From: Candidatus Marinacidobacterales bacterium
GTDB lineage: Bacteria > Acidobacteriota > Vicinamibacteria > Marinacidobacterales > SMYC01
NCBI GenBank assembly: GCA_965237955.1
Contig: OZ250169.1
Coordinates: forward strand, 4,864,001-4,928,000
Direction: 5' to 3'
DNA length: 64,000 bases
A program made the translations under genes and the position numbers. This document shows positions 1 through 9,994 of the stretch, piece after piece; positions within the stretch are counted from its first letter, which is position 1; every line of letters begins with the position of its first letter. The notes beneath the pieces were generated by a model that was not told where the DNA came from, did not search any database, and saw only the letters and a list, made by a program, of their open reading frames with translations.

Positions 1-36
1 CAATTTGTCATTGTTAACCCCTATACTATCGGGCCC

Positions 37-457
37 ATGATACCGATTCTGGCGCTTCTGTTGGGGACGTTCGTCGTGGTGCTCGGCATCGAAAAAGTCA
101 TCGCGCTCGCGGCGTTGTTCGTCATGACCGGCGCTGCGCATTTCATCGTCACCGAGCCGATGGCGCAGATGGTGCCGCCGCCGCTTCCACCGGTGGCGAC
201 AGTGTGGGGGACGGGCGTTCTTGAGATTTTCGGCGCGATCGGGCTCTCTCGTGCCGCGCACGTCGAAGCTCGCCGCGTGGTGCCTGTTCGCGTTTCTGAT
301 CGCGGTTTTCCCCGCGAACATCTACGCGGCAATGAATCACACCGGCCTCGGCGGGCACCTGGATGGCCCCTCTTATTTGTGGCAGCGCGCTCCGTTTCAG
401 CTACTGCTTCTCGTATGGACGTGGGTTTTCGGAATCCGAAGGAGGGATCGCCGATGA
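37..457 (+). pseudogene. DoxX-like membrane protein, frameshifted near 245
   Basis: N-half (LFVMTGAAHF...MVPPPLP...TGVLEIFGAIGL) in ORF 37 continues in another frame as LVPRTSKLAAWCLFAFLIAVFPANIYAA...LWQRAPFQ, stop at 457; the shift lies in a CT repeat. Confidence 0.7.
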
Positions 458-672
458 AACCAGGCGGCAAGGTCAGTATCGATATCGCGGACGGCTCGCA
501 GAGTGTCACCGAGACCGTCAACCAGCTACTCGGGGACGACACGACGATCGCGCCCGAAGACGTTCGGCTCCTCGACAACGGCTGGGTACAGCTCAAGCGA
601 GGCGGAAACAATCTCTACATATCGCCACATGCGGTGGAGTCGGTTCTCGTTGAAGACGGCGAGCTGCCTTGA
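454..672 (+). CDS. Small hypothetical protein (72 aa)
   Basis: ATG overlaps the upstream TGA (ATGA), with RBS GGAGG upstream. Confidence 0.55.
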   Translation: MKPGGKVSIDIADGSQSVTETVNQLLGDDTTIAPEDVRLLDNGWVQLKRGGNNLYISPHAVESVLVEDGELP

Positions 673-781
673 TGGAGAGCCGGTGGGCGTCACGATGCTC
701 CATGAGTGTCGGGGCCCCTTACGAAGTCATGTCAGTTTAAGTGTAACGGGCAAGATAGTTACGGGCCATTCCCCAAAGGAC

Positions 782-912
782 TGTCCGATTCTCTTACAGT
801 TCGACGGTTTCCACCGCCGCCTCCCAGGCGACACTTTCAGGTCCATCTCGTTCAAAAGCATCAGGATACAACAATATCCCTTCTTTGGGCGTGGGATGGC
901 CCGCGTCTTGCA
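782..912 (+). promoter_or_regulatory. Sigma54 -24/-12 promoter (TGGCCCGCGTCTTGCA, 897-912) with possible enhancer TGT-N11-ACA (782-798)
   Basis: GG and GC are 12 nt apart, ~50 bp upstream of a PEP-CTERM gene, a class known to be sigma54/PrsR regulated. Confidence 0.55.
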
Positions 913-963
913 ATCGTGAAGAGTAGGTGTAGTTTGTTCAGCACTGAACGGGGGAAGTTCAAC

Positions 964-1815
964 ATGAAGTCGAGATCAACAAGCGCAATCGTTCTCGTTG
1001 TCCTCGGGATATCCGTTTTCGCTGCTGCGCCGGGCTTTGCCGTTCCCACGCTTCAGTTGGACGTCGTGGGCGGCATCTATGATGAGGAGACCGAGACCAT
1101 CGTCGCCCCGTCGGGCGAGGAGATCACGCTTGTCGCTCTCCTCACCCCAAGGCCGAGTGACGACCTCGCTGAGATGCTCGGCGACACCTACTTTGTTTCG
1201 GCAGCGCTTCTTCCTGCGGTCGAGGAGTCTGGAGATTTCGGCTCGTTTACGTTCGGACCCGTAGAAGGAGAACCCGTTACCCTCACGGCCGACATGGTTT
1301 TCGGTGTGCCGCCTGAGGAACCGTTGCGGGCGTTCGACGCGAGGGACCTTTCGAGACACGGCGTTTCCGAAACTTTGTTTTCCGAGTTCTCGTTCATGTT
1401 TAACGAGGACCAAGAGGCCGCAACATACAACTCCCAGGACACGCCGGGCGGTGACCTCGATTTACTAGGCACGGGAACGTTCTTCCGAAGATTCACGGTG
1501 AACACGAGCCTCCTGGCCTCGGGCTTCAATTTGCACTTCGACCTCTACAGCACGGAAATGGTCGGCGACATCGAGTTGCTGAGTCTCAGCGAGACCAGTG
1601 AGGATCTATTCGACCGTGACCGGTTCGCGCCGTTCTCCCACGATGCCGAGACACACAGGAACGGCATGCCCGAGCCCATGACGCTTCTCCTTCTCGGTGC
1701 CGGGCTGACCGGGATCGCCGTCATGCGTCGACGACAGAAGTCACTCATGGCCGCTCCTCCTCATCATCATCATCAGGTAGCTTGGGCGGTCGCGGGCGAT
1801 CGAGACTCCAGCTAA
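964..1815 (+). CDS. PEP-CTERM sorting-domain protein (choice-of-anchor N-like)
   Basis: Signal peptide, PTLQL...FAPFSHDA motifs, then MPEP + TM helix + RRRQK. Confidence 0.8.
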   Translation: MKSRSTSAIVLVVLGISVFAAAPGFAVPTLQLDVVGGIYDEETETIVAPSGEEITLVALLTPRPSDDLAEMLGDTYFVSAALLPAVEESGDFGSFTFGPVEGEPVTLTADMVFGVPPEEPLRAFDARDLSRHGVSETLFSEFSFMFNEDQEAATYNSQDTPGGDLDLLGTGTFFRRFTVNTSLLASGFNLHFDLYSTEMVGDIELLSLSETSEDLFDRDRFAPFSHDAETHRNGMPEPMTLLLLGAGLTGIAVMRRRQKSLMAAPPHHHHQVAWAVAGDRDSS

Positions 1816-4018
1816 TACCACCCCAAAAACTCTTGCCCTTGCGCTCGACTTTATGGTCGCCGTCGACGAGGTATTGCAGGATCGCCTGGTCCCACTGAAG
1901 CCCCGCCGTGGCGACTAGCTTCATCCACGCGCCATACGCGGGCTCGTCCGGCGCTTCGGTACTACCGCTCCAGATCGTCACCTTCGGGTTGTAGCCCCGC
2001 GTTTGCGGGCCCGGCGCGGGTGCGCGTGCGCCTTTGATGGCGGTATGGATCATCACGTCGTCCACCATGGGAACCTTGAACACTTCTTCGTCGTCGAACG
2101 CTTCGCCGTAGCGCCGGTAGCGGCCGTAGTTCCGTTGATTCATCGCGTAGACATCCTCGGCTTCGTTGATGGCATCGACGATGTAATCACGGATCTGAAA
2201 CGCGGCGTCCTTGTGGCGGGGAAAGCGTGCATCGTCGGTGTAGCTGAAGCGGGGGATGAACCATCCCTTGTTCATGCTCCAGTTGCGCTCGGTGATTCGA
2301 CCGCGGCGCACGAGCCCGGTGTACTCGGAAAAAAGCTGCACCAGTTGATGTGACGGATAGCCGTGTGGGTTCAAGAAAATATCGGGAAGCCACATGTTCC
2401 AAAGACGCCTTCTGATGGGCGCTTCAGGATAGATAGGCATCGGCTGGTTGCCGTCAGAGGTGACGTCCGCCCTGAGCGACGCGTAATAGCCCGCGTGCTG
2501 CAGCAGGTCCGGAGTTTTCTCGTAGAGGTCGTACGCGAGCTGGGCGCCGTCGGCGTTGGTGATCGGATGGACGATGACGTTCACCTTGTCGAGCTTTTTG
2601 CGATGCTCAGGATCGGTGAGAAGGAGCTCGGCGAGCTTCAACACGTGCGAGGTCGACGAGACTTCGTTCGCATGCTGGCGCGCCGAATAAATAATGGTGG
2701 GCTTCAGCGTCGTCGCTTTGTAATGCGAAAAGTGCGACGCCTCGAGCGGCGGCATGAGGTCCATCGCCCAAATTTCCTGGCCGAGGTAGCTCTCGCCCAC
2801 TTTGTAGAGCGTGGCCTCGTCGAAGCTCGCCATTTTTGCAAGAACGCCATACGCCTCGCCTGGTGGCATCGGCGTATCCCACTGCACGAGCTCTCCGTCG
2901 GCCGCACGCACCGGGAAGCGGTGGATGTCGGGAACGGCGGCGGGCTCGCCGTTCGCCGGTAGGAGTGCTGTAACCTCGTTCTCCCAATCGATCCGATGCT
3001 CCCACCCCGCGCCGACGACGATCTCGCCGAGATCGTGATAGGCGAGAGCGTTCAGGTAGAGACCATCCGCGCGCATCCGGCTCAAGTGCTCGATCGTCGC
3101 CTTCACTTGTGTGGCGGAGAGGATGCGCTCGTCGACTCGCTCGGAGCGGGTTTGTTTCGATAGCTCGTCACGCTCGTCCTTCTCGGTGTCGACTTTGACG
3201 CGGACGTCGAGCCGGCTGATGCCGCGCTCGCCGGCGCGGACCCGAGCGGCCAGCGCTCGCGGGCGATCCATCTCGATCTTGGGAATGTCGAGGCGGAGCT
3301 CGCCTGTCGTGCCGTCGTTCTCTTCGTAGTCGATGACCACGGCAGGTCGGCTCGTAGCGAAGCCGGTGAAATGAATGCGGGCCGTGCCGGGTTTGCCGTC
3401 CGCTTTCGGCTCCAGGATCGGGAGAACACGTCCGGGATACGTCAGCTCGTCGCCGCGCGCGTTGCGCCCGAGGATGCGGTAGAACATGAGCGTGGTGAAG
3501 TAGATGTCCTCGTGGAGGGCGTCGATGGAAGAGACGAGCTCGTTGTCGAGGTCGAGGAGCTCGTGCGGCTCGCTCAAGCTGAGATCGATTTGGAGCTTTC
3601 CGAAATACGGCGCGTCGCGTCCGGCCCCGCGCGGATTCCCCTCGTGCAGCTTCATGACGTAGTCGTACATCTGCGGGATCGTGCGCTCTTGAAAGTGGTC
3701 CCAAAACCTCTCGGCGTCGGTCGCGATACGTTGATCCACGACGATCTCGGATTCGGCGGTGACCGTCAACCATCCGGTGGTGACGTTCACCATCTCGTAG
3801 TCGCGGAAGCGGTCGATGTAGGGTCTCAGCACGACCTTCGGCGCGAATGTCCCGCGAAACAGTTCGCTTCCATCGGCTGCGGTTGCGATCACTTCATACG
3901 GCGGCGCGTCGGCAGACGCGGCTTCGAAGCGAATCGCTTCGGTCCCAAGGTCGAGCTCGCGCGCGCGGATCTCGTCGATGGGGAAGGCTTCGTGCAGCCA
4001 CCGGAGCGGCGTGCCCAT
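1745..4018 (-). CDS. M14 zinc carboxypeptidase, C-terminal part of a gene split by an in-frame TGA
   Basis: ARQHANE, NADG and NPHG zinc-binding motifs; in frame with the upstream ORF. Confidence 0.8.
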   Translation of the reverse strand: MGTPLRWLHEAFPIDEIRARELDLGTEAIRFEAASADAPPYEVIATAADGSELFRGTFAPKVVLRPYIDRFRDYEMVNVTTGWLTVTAESEIVVDQRIATDAERFWDHFQERTIPQMYDYVMKLHEGNPRGAGRDAPYFGKLQIDLSLSEPHELLDLDNELVSSIDALHEDIYFTTLMFYRILGRNARGDELTYPGRVLPILEPKADGKPGTARIHFTGFATSRPAVVIDYEENDGTTGELRLDIPKIEMDRPRALAARVRAGERGISRLDVRVKVDTEKDERDELSKQTRSERVDERILSATQVKATIEHLSRMRADGLYLNALAYHDLGEIVVGAGWEHRIDWENEVTALLPANGEPAAVPDIHRFPVRAADGELVQWDTPMPPGEAYGVLAKMASFDEATLYKVGESYLGQEIWAMDLMPPLEASHFSHYKATTLKPTIIYSARQHANEVSSTSHVLKLAELLLTDPEHRKKLDKVNVIVHPITNADGAQLAYDLYEKTPDLLQHAGYYASLRADVTSDGNQPMPIYPEAPIRRRLWNMWLPDIFLNPHGYPSHQLVQLFSEYTGLVRRGRITERNWSMNKGWFIPRFSYTDDARFPRHKDAAFQIRDYIVDAINEAEDVYAMNQRNYGRYRRYGEAFDDEEVFKVPMVDDVMIHTAIKGARAPAPGPQTRGYNPKVTIWSGSTEAPDEPAYGAWMKLVATAGLQWDQAILQYLVDGDHKVERKGKSFWGGISWSLDRPRPPKLPDDDDEEERP

Positions 4019-4030
4019 CGCTTGCTGGCG

Positions 4031-5821
4031 TCACTCTTCGGGCGGGTCATAACGCGCGAATCGAATCGTGATAGCGGATACGGCCGTGTCGGCGAGTGCG
4101 GGGCGCACGACGTCGTACAGCCAGCTGTAGCCTTGCTTGTATGCAGACAGGACGCGCACTTCGGCGGTTGCACCGAGATCCTCTTCGATCGCTTTCGTCA
4201 GCTGAGCTCGTATCTCCGGAGGCTCGGATAGTCGGAGCTCGACGGCGACACCGTCTTTGCCGGCAACGTGCGGGAGCGCTCTCTCGCGGAAGAGTCGCCA
4301 GAACTCGTCCACTTCGGAGGGGACTTCGAAGCGCTCGTCGAAAACCGTTGCCGCGTTTTGGACGTCGCGATCGTCGATGACGACGTCGATGGAGCCGGCG
4401 CCGAGTGCCTGAGCGCGCTCGCGCACCACATCGCCGAAGCCGTCGTCGGGTTTCTCGAGCGAGACGAGGACCTTCGCCGAGCGAAGCTCGGCGTTCGCGA
4501 ACTTGGCCCCGAGCTTCACGATTAACTGGTCGAGTTTGTAGAGCGCGATCGCAGCCTGGCCCGCGGGCGAGCGGCCCGAGAAGAATCGCCACAGATCCAT
4601 CTCGACATCGTCGAGCGTGGTGCGATCCTTGCCGCGCTCCCAGATGTTCGGAAAACGCTCCGAGAGTTGCTCGATCGCGCGATCGACGCCCTCGACGTCT
4701 CCGCCGTGAACGACGACAGCACCTTTCGGGCCGAACGCGTTGGGAACGACGCGGATAGCACCTTCGCCGACATCGAGCTCTATGTCTGGTATCGAGTCTT
4801 CGCCCAGTAGAGGATGCTCGCCGATGAGAACGAGCGTCGGCTCGTCCGAGGCGTTTTCGATTTCATGCGGCAGTCGCACGATCGGAACCGACATACCGGC
4901 CGATTCGAGTCCGAGCCGGGCGGCGAGGTCGATCGTTTTCTCGATTCCGTCCGCCGGGCTCAACACGACGTCGATGCGATCGGCGATGAGGTTCGTATCG
5001 GCGTCGCCCAGGAGACCGTTGGGCGTGAACAGATTCGAGAAGTCGAGATCGCGTTTCGGGCCCGAGCCCGGCCGCGCGGGAATCGGACTGTCTCGTGACT
5101 CTTGCTCGACCCGCGGAAACCGAACTTCGGCGCCATCCATCGTAAGCACCACCGTCTCGACGTTGTCGTACGAGGGTGCATAGTCCAGGAGCATGCGACG
5201 CGCCATCTGCACTTGCGTGTCCGGGACTTCGAGGGTCACGGCGAGCTCGGAAACACGGTCGTCTCGGACCGTCATCCGCGTCACTCGGATATCGGTGAGC
5301 TCGACGACTTGCTCCGCCAGAGCCTCGCGGAGATCGTCGATGACATCGGACAGCGACGCGCCGTCGGGATCCCACAGGTGAGGAAGACGCCCGGCAAACG
5401 CGAGCGCGGCGTTGCGCGTGCCCGATTCGTAAGGGCCGGCGATAACGACCCAGTCGCGTCCTTCGACGTGGGCGGTGGTGACGATGCCCTCGTCGGGGGA
5501 CAGCGTGTCGATATTCACACCGAGTCCGGACGCCGCTTCGGCACCGATGGCGATCCCGACACCGCTCTCGCTTGCGGTGAGTGGTAAGTTCATCGCCATG
5601 GTCTCGAAGCCGAGGCGGACGGCGACGTCCGCGGCCGAGGCAACGGTTGCGGCAATAGGTTGCTCCCCGAGCACGAGCTCGACGTTGACGAAATCGACGA
5701 CGACGACGCCGTTTCTGTCTTCGAGGATGAAACCTTCGTCGAAGAGCTCGTTCAGGGGACGCTGGGCACCCGCGTTCGCCGCGAGGCCCAGGCATATGAG
5801 CGCGGGCACGAGTCGTTTCAT
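4031..5821 (-). CDS. N-terminal part of a large secreted M14 peptidase (signal peptide)
   Basis: Signal peptide; ends at TGA 4031-4033, four codons before the in-frame ORF 1745-4018. Confidence 0.75.
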   Translation of the reverse strand: MKRLVPALICLGLAANAGAQRPLNELFDEGFILEDRNGVVVVDFVNVELVLGEQPIAATVASAADVAVRLGFETMAMNLPLTASESGVGIAIGAEAASGLGVNIDTLSPDEGIVTTAHVEGRDWVVIAGPYESGTRNAALAFAGRLPHLWDPDGASLSDVIDDLREALAEQVVELTDIRVTRMTVRDDRVSELAVTLEVPDTQVQMARRMLLDYAPSYDNVETVVLTMDGAEVRFPRVEQESRDSPIPARPGSGPKRDLDFSNLFTPNGLLGDADTNLIADRIDVVLSPADGIEKTIDLAARLGLESAGMSVPIVRLPHEIENASDEPTLVLIGEHPLLGEDSIPDIELDVGEGAIRVVPNAFGPKGAVVVHGGDVEGVDRAIEQLSERFPNIWERGKDRTTLDDVEMDLWRFFSGRSPAGQAAIALYKLDQLIVKLGAKFANAELRSAKVLVSLEKPDDGFGDVVRERAQALGAGSIDVVIDDRDVQNAATVFDERFEVPSEVDEFWRLFRERALPHVAGKDGVAVELRLSEPPEIRAQLTKAIEEDLGATAEVRVLSAYKQGYSWLYDVVRPALADTAVSAITIRFARYDPPEE

Positions 5822-5855
5822 GGCGGCAAATTATAGTCTGCTATAGGATCTAGCG

Positions 5856-6989
5856 ATGAGGATGACGCGGTCACTAGGCCTCGCGGTCGCCGCCGTCGTA
5901 CTCGCCGTACTAACGACCCTCGTTACCTCATCGTGCGCGCGCGATACGCCGAGCGAGCCCGCAGGCGCCCGGCAGGCGAAACAAGACCTCCACGAGCTCA
6001 CCCGGGCGCGTGTCGAAGCGGGCACGCTTGCGAGGACCGATGGCTACGTCTACGCCGTGGACGTGGGGCTTCTGATGATCTTCGCTGCGGGCGAGGGTGA
6101 CGAGGCGATGTATGGAGCGCTCCGCGATTTCGCGCTCGAGCATCTCCTGCTCGATTCCGACGACGATCCCTATACGCGAGGCTTCGTGGCGTGGCGTTAC
6201 AGCGAGGGTATCGCACCCGATGCCTCGGGAACGACGGAGGCGCTTCGCTTGGCCGAGGGTCTGTGGCGGGGCGCGGAAGCGTTCGACTCGGACACCGATC
6301 GCGAAACGGCTCTTTTCGTACTGGACGGCTACGCCCGGCACGCCGCCGAAGAGCAAGGTGTGTGGATGATCCGCAACTACTTCAACATCGACACGCGATC
6401 GTTCGCGACAAACTCGTTCCTGGTCGACTACGCGCCCGATTTCGTCGCCGAAGTCGCCGAAGCGATGGGTCGTGAGGATCTAGCACGTATCGCCGAGCGC
6501 TCGTATGAGCTGCTTGAAAAAGCGCGCGCGCCGAGCGGACTTCTGTATGCGATGGTACAGCCGGAGGTGGCGACGCTCCTCGACGACGAGCGCGCGGTGA
6601 TCTTCTCGCCAAACGACGCGATCCAAATCTCGAACACCGCCACTGTCGCGTTTTGTGCGGTGCGAGGACGTCCTGCGATTGGACGGGAGGTCGTCGACTT
6701 CGCCCATGAGCGGATGCCGAATCTGCGCGGTACTTACTACGGACGCACCGCCGAAGTCGCCCGCGACAAACGTCCGGGCATCGAAGCATGGTCCTCTCTC
6801 GTACGTCTCTCCATCGCACTCGAGGATGGCGAAGCGCTCCACGCGTTCTACCCGTTTCTCGTGAGCAACGCGGGGCGGAAGTGGCGCATCCCCAAAGACG
6901 CATGGCTCTACGTTTCTGCCGAGCTCCTGTTGGGATTGCAGGCGGTAGCGCCCGCTGAGCCCGCTGAGCCCGCTGAGGATGCTTCGTGA
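5856..6989 (+). CDS. Hypothetical lipoprotein, possible six-hairpin glycosidase-like fold
   Basis: Lipobox-like TSSC after a hydrophobic stretch; FVAWRY...DASGTTEALR; overlaps the next gene. Confidence 0.6.
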   Translation: MRMTRSLGLAVAAVVLAVLTTLVTSSCARDTPSEPAGARQAKQDLHELTRARVEAGTLARTDGYVYAVDVGLLMIFAAGEGDEAMYGALRDFALEHLLLDSDDDPYTRGFVAWRYSEGIAPDASGTTEALRLAEGLWRGAEAFDSDTDRETALFVLDGYARHAAEEQGVWMIRNYFNIDTRSFATNSFLVDYAPDFVAEVAEAMGREDLARIAERSYELLEKARAPSGLLYAMVQPEVATLLDDERAVIFSPNDAIQISNTATVAFCAVRGRPAIGREVVDFAHERMPNLRGTYYGRTAEVARDKRPGIEAWSSLVRLSIALEDGEALHAFYPFLVSNAGRKWRIPKDAWLYVSAELLLGLQAVAPAEPAEPAEDAS

Positions 6990-7822
6990 AATTCGCGAGC
7001 GCGGACGTCACCCGCTACTACGACGCCAACACGAAGAGCTTCCTCGCCCGAGGGCAGGGAGGCTCTCACGGAGCTATCCACCGTGCGGTTTGGGGTGCGG
7101 GCGTTAGAAGCCGCGGGGAGGCGTTCCATTTTGTGCACGGCTTGTTGCGACGCGAGATTACGATCGTGAGAGCGTCGAAAGTACCTAAAGTGTTAGACCT
7201 CGGGTGCGGCACGGGCGCGAGCCTCGCTGCCGTGGTCGAAGGTAGTGACGCAGTCGCATACGGCGTGACCAACAGCTCGGTCCATGCGCGGCTGGCGCGC
7301 GAGAGGTTGGGAGAACGCGCGACCATCTACGAGCGCGACTTCTGCTCCGAGTCCCTACCTCGAGGTATCGACATCGCGTTCGGTATCGAGTCCTTCGTGC
7401 ACGCGCCCGATCCGAAAGCATTTTTTGCGAACGTGGCTCGCTCGCTGCGACCCTCCGGCCGGCTCGCTCTGTGCGATTACTTTCTCGCCGGCGCGAAGCA
7501 CGAGCGTTGGGTCCGGGATTTCCAGGAGGGCTGGCATGTGAGCTCGCTTCTGAAGCCGGAGCGCGTCGACGCCATCGCGGCAGCCCACGGCTTCGAGCTC
7601 GTCGACGATCAGGACTTCACCCCGCTCCTCGAGCTCGACCGTCCTCGCGACCGAGTCTTGGGCGCGGTAGTGGTATTGGGAAGGCCGGTTTTCAGCGCGA
7701 GCCCGCGGTGCCTATGGTGCCTTCGGTGGATGTCCCTGTCCGGCGGTCATGCGCTTCGCCAATGTCTCAAGCACGGCCATGTGCGCTACCGCTACCGAGC
7801 ATGGCAGAAGGGCGAGCTATGA
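6986..7822 (+). CDS. Class I SAM-dependent methyltransferase
   Basis: VLDLGCGTG, IESFVH and LRPSGRL motifs. Confidence 0.85.
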   Translation: MKFASADVTRYYDANTKSFLARGQGGSHGAIHRAVWGAGVRSRGEAFHFVHGLLRREITIVRASKVPKVLDLGCGTGASLAAVVEGSDAVAYGVTNSSVHARLARERLGERATIYERDFCSESLPRGIDIAFGIESFVHAPDPKAFFANVARSLRPSGRLALCDYFLAGAKHERWVRDFQEGWHVSSLLKPERVDAIAAAHGFELVDDQDFTPLLELDRPRDRVLGAVVVLGRPVFSASPRCLWCLRWMSLSGGHALRQCLKHGHVRYRYRAWQKGEL

Positions 7823-8403
7823 TGACGGCCAGGGCGCACGCGGCGGTTTTGATGGCTCTCGCGCTCTCGTGCTTGAGCTACGCAGAATCGAAGCGGTACG
7901 AGATCGATCCCGAGCATCTCACAATAGGCTTTCTCGTCGACCACGTGGGTTTCGCGAAAGTGTTCGGGATGTTCCGTGACGCGCGTGGCGGGTTCACGTT
8001 CGATGAAGAAACGAGCACGATCTCGGACGTTCGCGTCGTCGTGCAGACCGCGAGCGTTTTCACCGGCGTCGACGCTCGCGATCAGCACTTGAAGAGCGGC
8101 GACTTCCTCGACGTCGAAACGTTTCCCGAGATGATCTTCGAAGCGGATCGATCGGTGCTAGAGAATCACAAAGGAACGCTGACGGGCCGTCTCACGATTC
8201 TCGGCGTGACCAAGCCGCTGACGCTGTCGGTGACGTGGAATAAGAGCGGCGAATCGCCGCTTCCGGGAAATCCCTACGTCGCCGGCTTGTCGGCCCGGGG
8301 CAGTTTTGCGCGGAGTGAGTTCGGGATGACGTACGGCGTTCTCGACGGCCTCGTGGGCGAAAACGTCGAGCTCATCATTGAGCTCGAGGCTCACCGGCAG
8401 TAG
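7819..8403 (+). CDS. YceI family polyisoprenoid-binding periplasmic protein
   Basis: YEIDPEH...RDQHLKSGDFLDVETFPEMIF...LTILGVTKP; signal peptide; ATG overlaps the upstream stop. Confidence 0.9.
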   Translation: MMTARAHAAVLMALALSCLSYAESKRYEIDPEHLTIGFLVDHVGFAKVFGMFRDARGGFTFDEETSTISDVRVVVQTASVFTGVDARDQHLKSGDFLDVETFPEMIFEADRSVLENHKGTLTGRLTILGVTKPLTLSVTWNKSGESPLPGNPYVAGLSARGSFARSEFGMTYGVLDGLVGENVELIIELEAHRQ

Positions 8404-8406
8404 CAC

Positions 8407-9990
8407 ATGAAACAAAGGTTGTTCCTGTTACTGTCGTTTCTCTACTTCAACGCCCTCTTCACATTCGAGAACATTCCGTCGACGCCGGCGTTGACGCCCG
8501 TCGCCAAGCTGTCGATCGAGGTCGTTGCTCTACTGGGCACGCTTGCGGTCGTCGGGCGTCTCTCGCGCTTCACCAAGGCGACGCTCGCGGTTCTGATTTT
8601 CTTGTTGACGCTCGTCCGCTACGTCGATGTGACGGCGCTCGGTGTCCTTGGCAGGGAGTTCAACCTCCACGGCGACTTCCCGCACGTGCACCGCGTGTTC
8701 GCGATGTTCTGGGAGGTGATGTCGTTGTCCTCCGGACTTCTCGTGCTCGGAGTGGTTGCCTTCGTCAGCGGTGTCGCGCTTACGCTCAATTGGATCGGGC
8801 TCGGCGTGTGGGAGCGTGCGCTCGAGCATCAGCGATTCCAGCGGGTTGTTCTCATTGCTGTTATTGTGCTCGTCGGCGCGTTCTTCGTCACGTCGTCGGG
8901 AACGTTTGCGGTACCGACGAGCGCGATCGTGGCGAAGCAGATACGGAACTTGCGGGCGGGCGAGGCGGAGCAGCGTGCTGTCGCTGAGATCGACTGGCCC
9001 GCCCAAAACGTGGATTCGGATTTCGAGGGTCTCGGCGGCGCGAACGTGTTCCTGATCTTCGTGGAATCCTACGGCGTAACTTTGATCGAGGACGCGCATC
9101 ATTATGATGCGATCGCACCGCGCTACCGGGAGATGGAGCGTCTCTTGAAAAGCGCCGGCTACACCTTCGCTTCCAGTCAGATCCATTCACCGACCTTCGG
9201 CGGCGGGTCGTGGCGCGCCCACGCGACGCTTCTGAGCGGGTTTCATGTGGAATCGGAGCACGTGTACAACGCGCTTTTGGCGTCCGAGCGAAAAACGCTC
9301 GTGTCGGCGCTCTCCGAGCACGGTTACCGCACGGTCGCGGTCGAGCCCGGCATCAAATGGTTCTGGCCCGACGGGGAGTTCTACGGGTTCGATCGCATCT
9401 ACGCATTCGACGATATCGACTACGACGGGCCGCCGATGGGGTGGTGGAAGATCCCGGATCAGTTCACGCTCTATCGTCTCTACAAGAATGAAATCCGGGA
9501 CGCTCGAGCACCGCTCTTTGCCAAGCTCTCGCTCATCATGAGCCACATCCCGTACTTTCCCGTGCCCGAGTACGTGCAGGACTGGTCGCGATTTGACGAC
9601 GACACCGCGTTCGATGCCGGCCTCAAATCCGTGGCCCACGACGCCTACGCCGACCTGCGCGAGCTCTCGACCTGGTACGTCGAAGCGTTTCGGTACGAGC
9701 TCGACGTGGTCGAAGGCTTTCTTTTGTCGTACGTGCCCGAAAACTCCGTGGTCATCGTCGTCGGGGATCACCAGCCGCCCAAGCTCGTCACCCACGATAA
9801 CGACAGTTGGGCGGTGCCCATCCACGTCTTCAGCAAGCGCGAGGAGCTCGTGCGTGCGTTCGAACCGCTGGGATTCGAAGAGGGGCTCGTCCCGCTCACG
9901 CCCACGGCGCTGAGAATGGCGGATTTTCTCGATGGCTTTCTCCAGATCTACGATGGACGTGACGTTCCGCTCGCAACGATGGACCACTAG
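8407..9990 (+). CDS. Membrane-anchored sulfatase/alkaline phosphatase superfamily (LTA-synthase-like) protein
   Basis: N-terminal TM helices; FVESYG, SPTFGGGSW, SH and GDHQP motifs. Confidence 0.85.
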   Translation: MKQRLFLLLSFLYFNALFTFENIPSTPALTPVAKLSIEVVALLGTLAVVGRLSRFTKATLAVLIFLLTLVRYVDVTALGVLGREFNLHGDFPHVHRVFAMFWEVMSLSSGLLVLGVVAFVSGVALTLNWIGLGVWERALEHQRFQRVVLIAVIVLVGAFFVTSSGTFAVPTSAIVAKQIRNLRAGEAEQRAVAEIDWPAQNVDSDFEGLGGANVFLIFVESYGVTLIEDAHHYDAIAPRYREMERLLKSAGYTFASSQIHSPTFGGGSWRAHATLLSGFHVESEHVYNALLASERKTLVSALSEHGYRTVAVEPGIKWFWPDGEFYGFDRIYAFDDIDYDGPPMGWWKIPDQFTLYRLYKNEIRDARAPLFAKLSLIMSHIPYFPVPEYVQDWSRFDDDTAFDAGLKSVAHDAYADLRELSTWYVEAFRYELDVVEGFLLSYVPENSVVIVVGDHQPPKLVTHDNDSWAVPIHVFSKREELVRAFEPLGFEEGLVPLTPTALRMADFLDGFLQIYDGRDVPLATMDH

Positions 9991-9994
9991 CTTC

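Noticed and set aside
4031-4033. TGA=Trp or selenocysteine recoding
   Set aside because: Many genes here end in TGA and use TGG for Trp; the site is not a Cys position
6951-6977. 3x CCCGCTGAG tandem repeat
   Set aside because: Simple in-frame PAE repeat at a protein C-terminus
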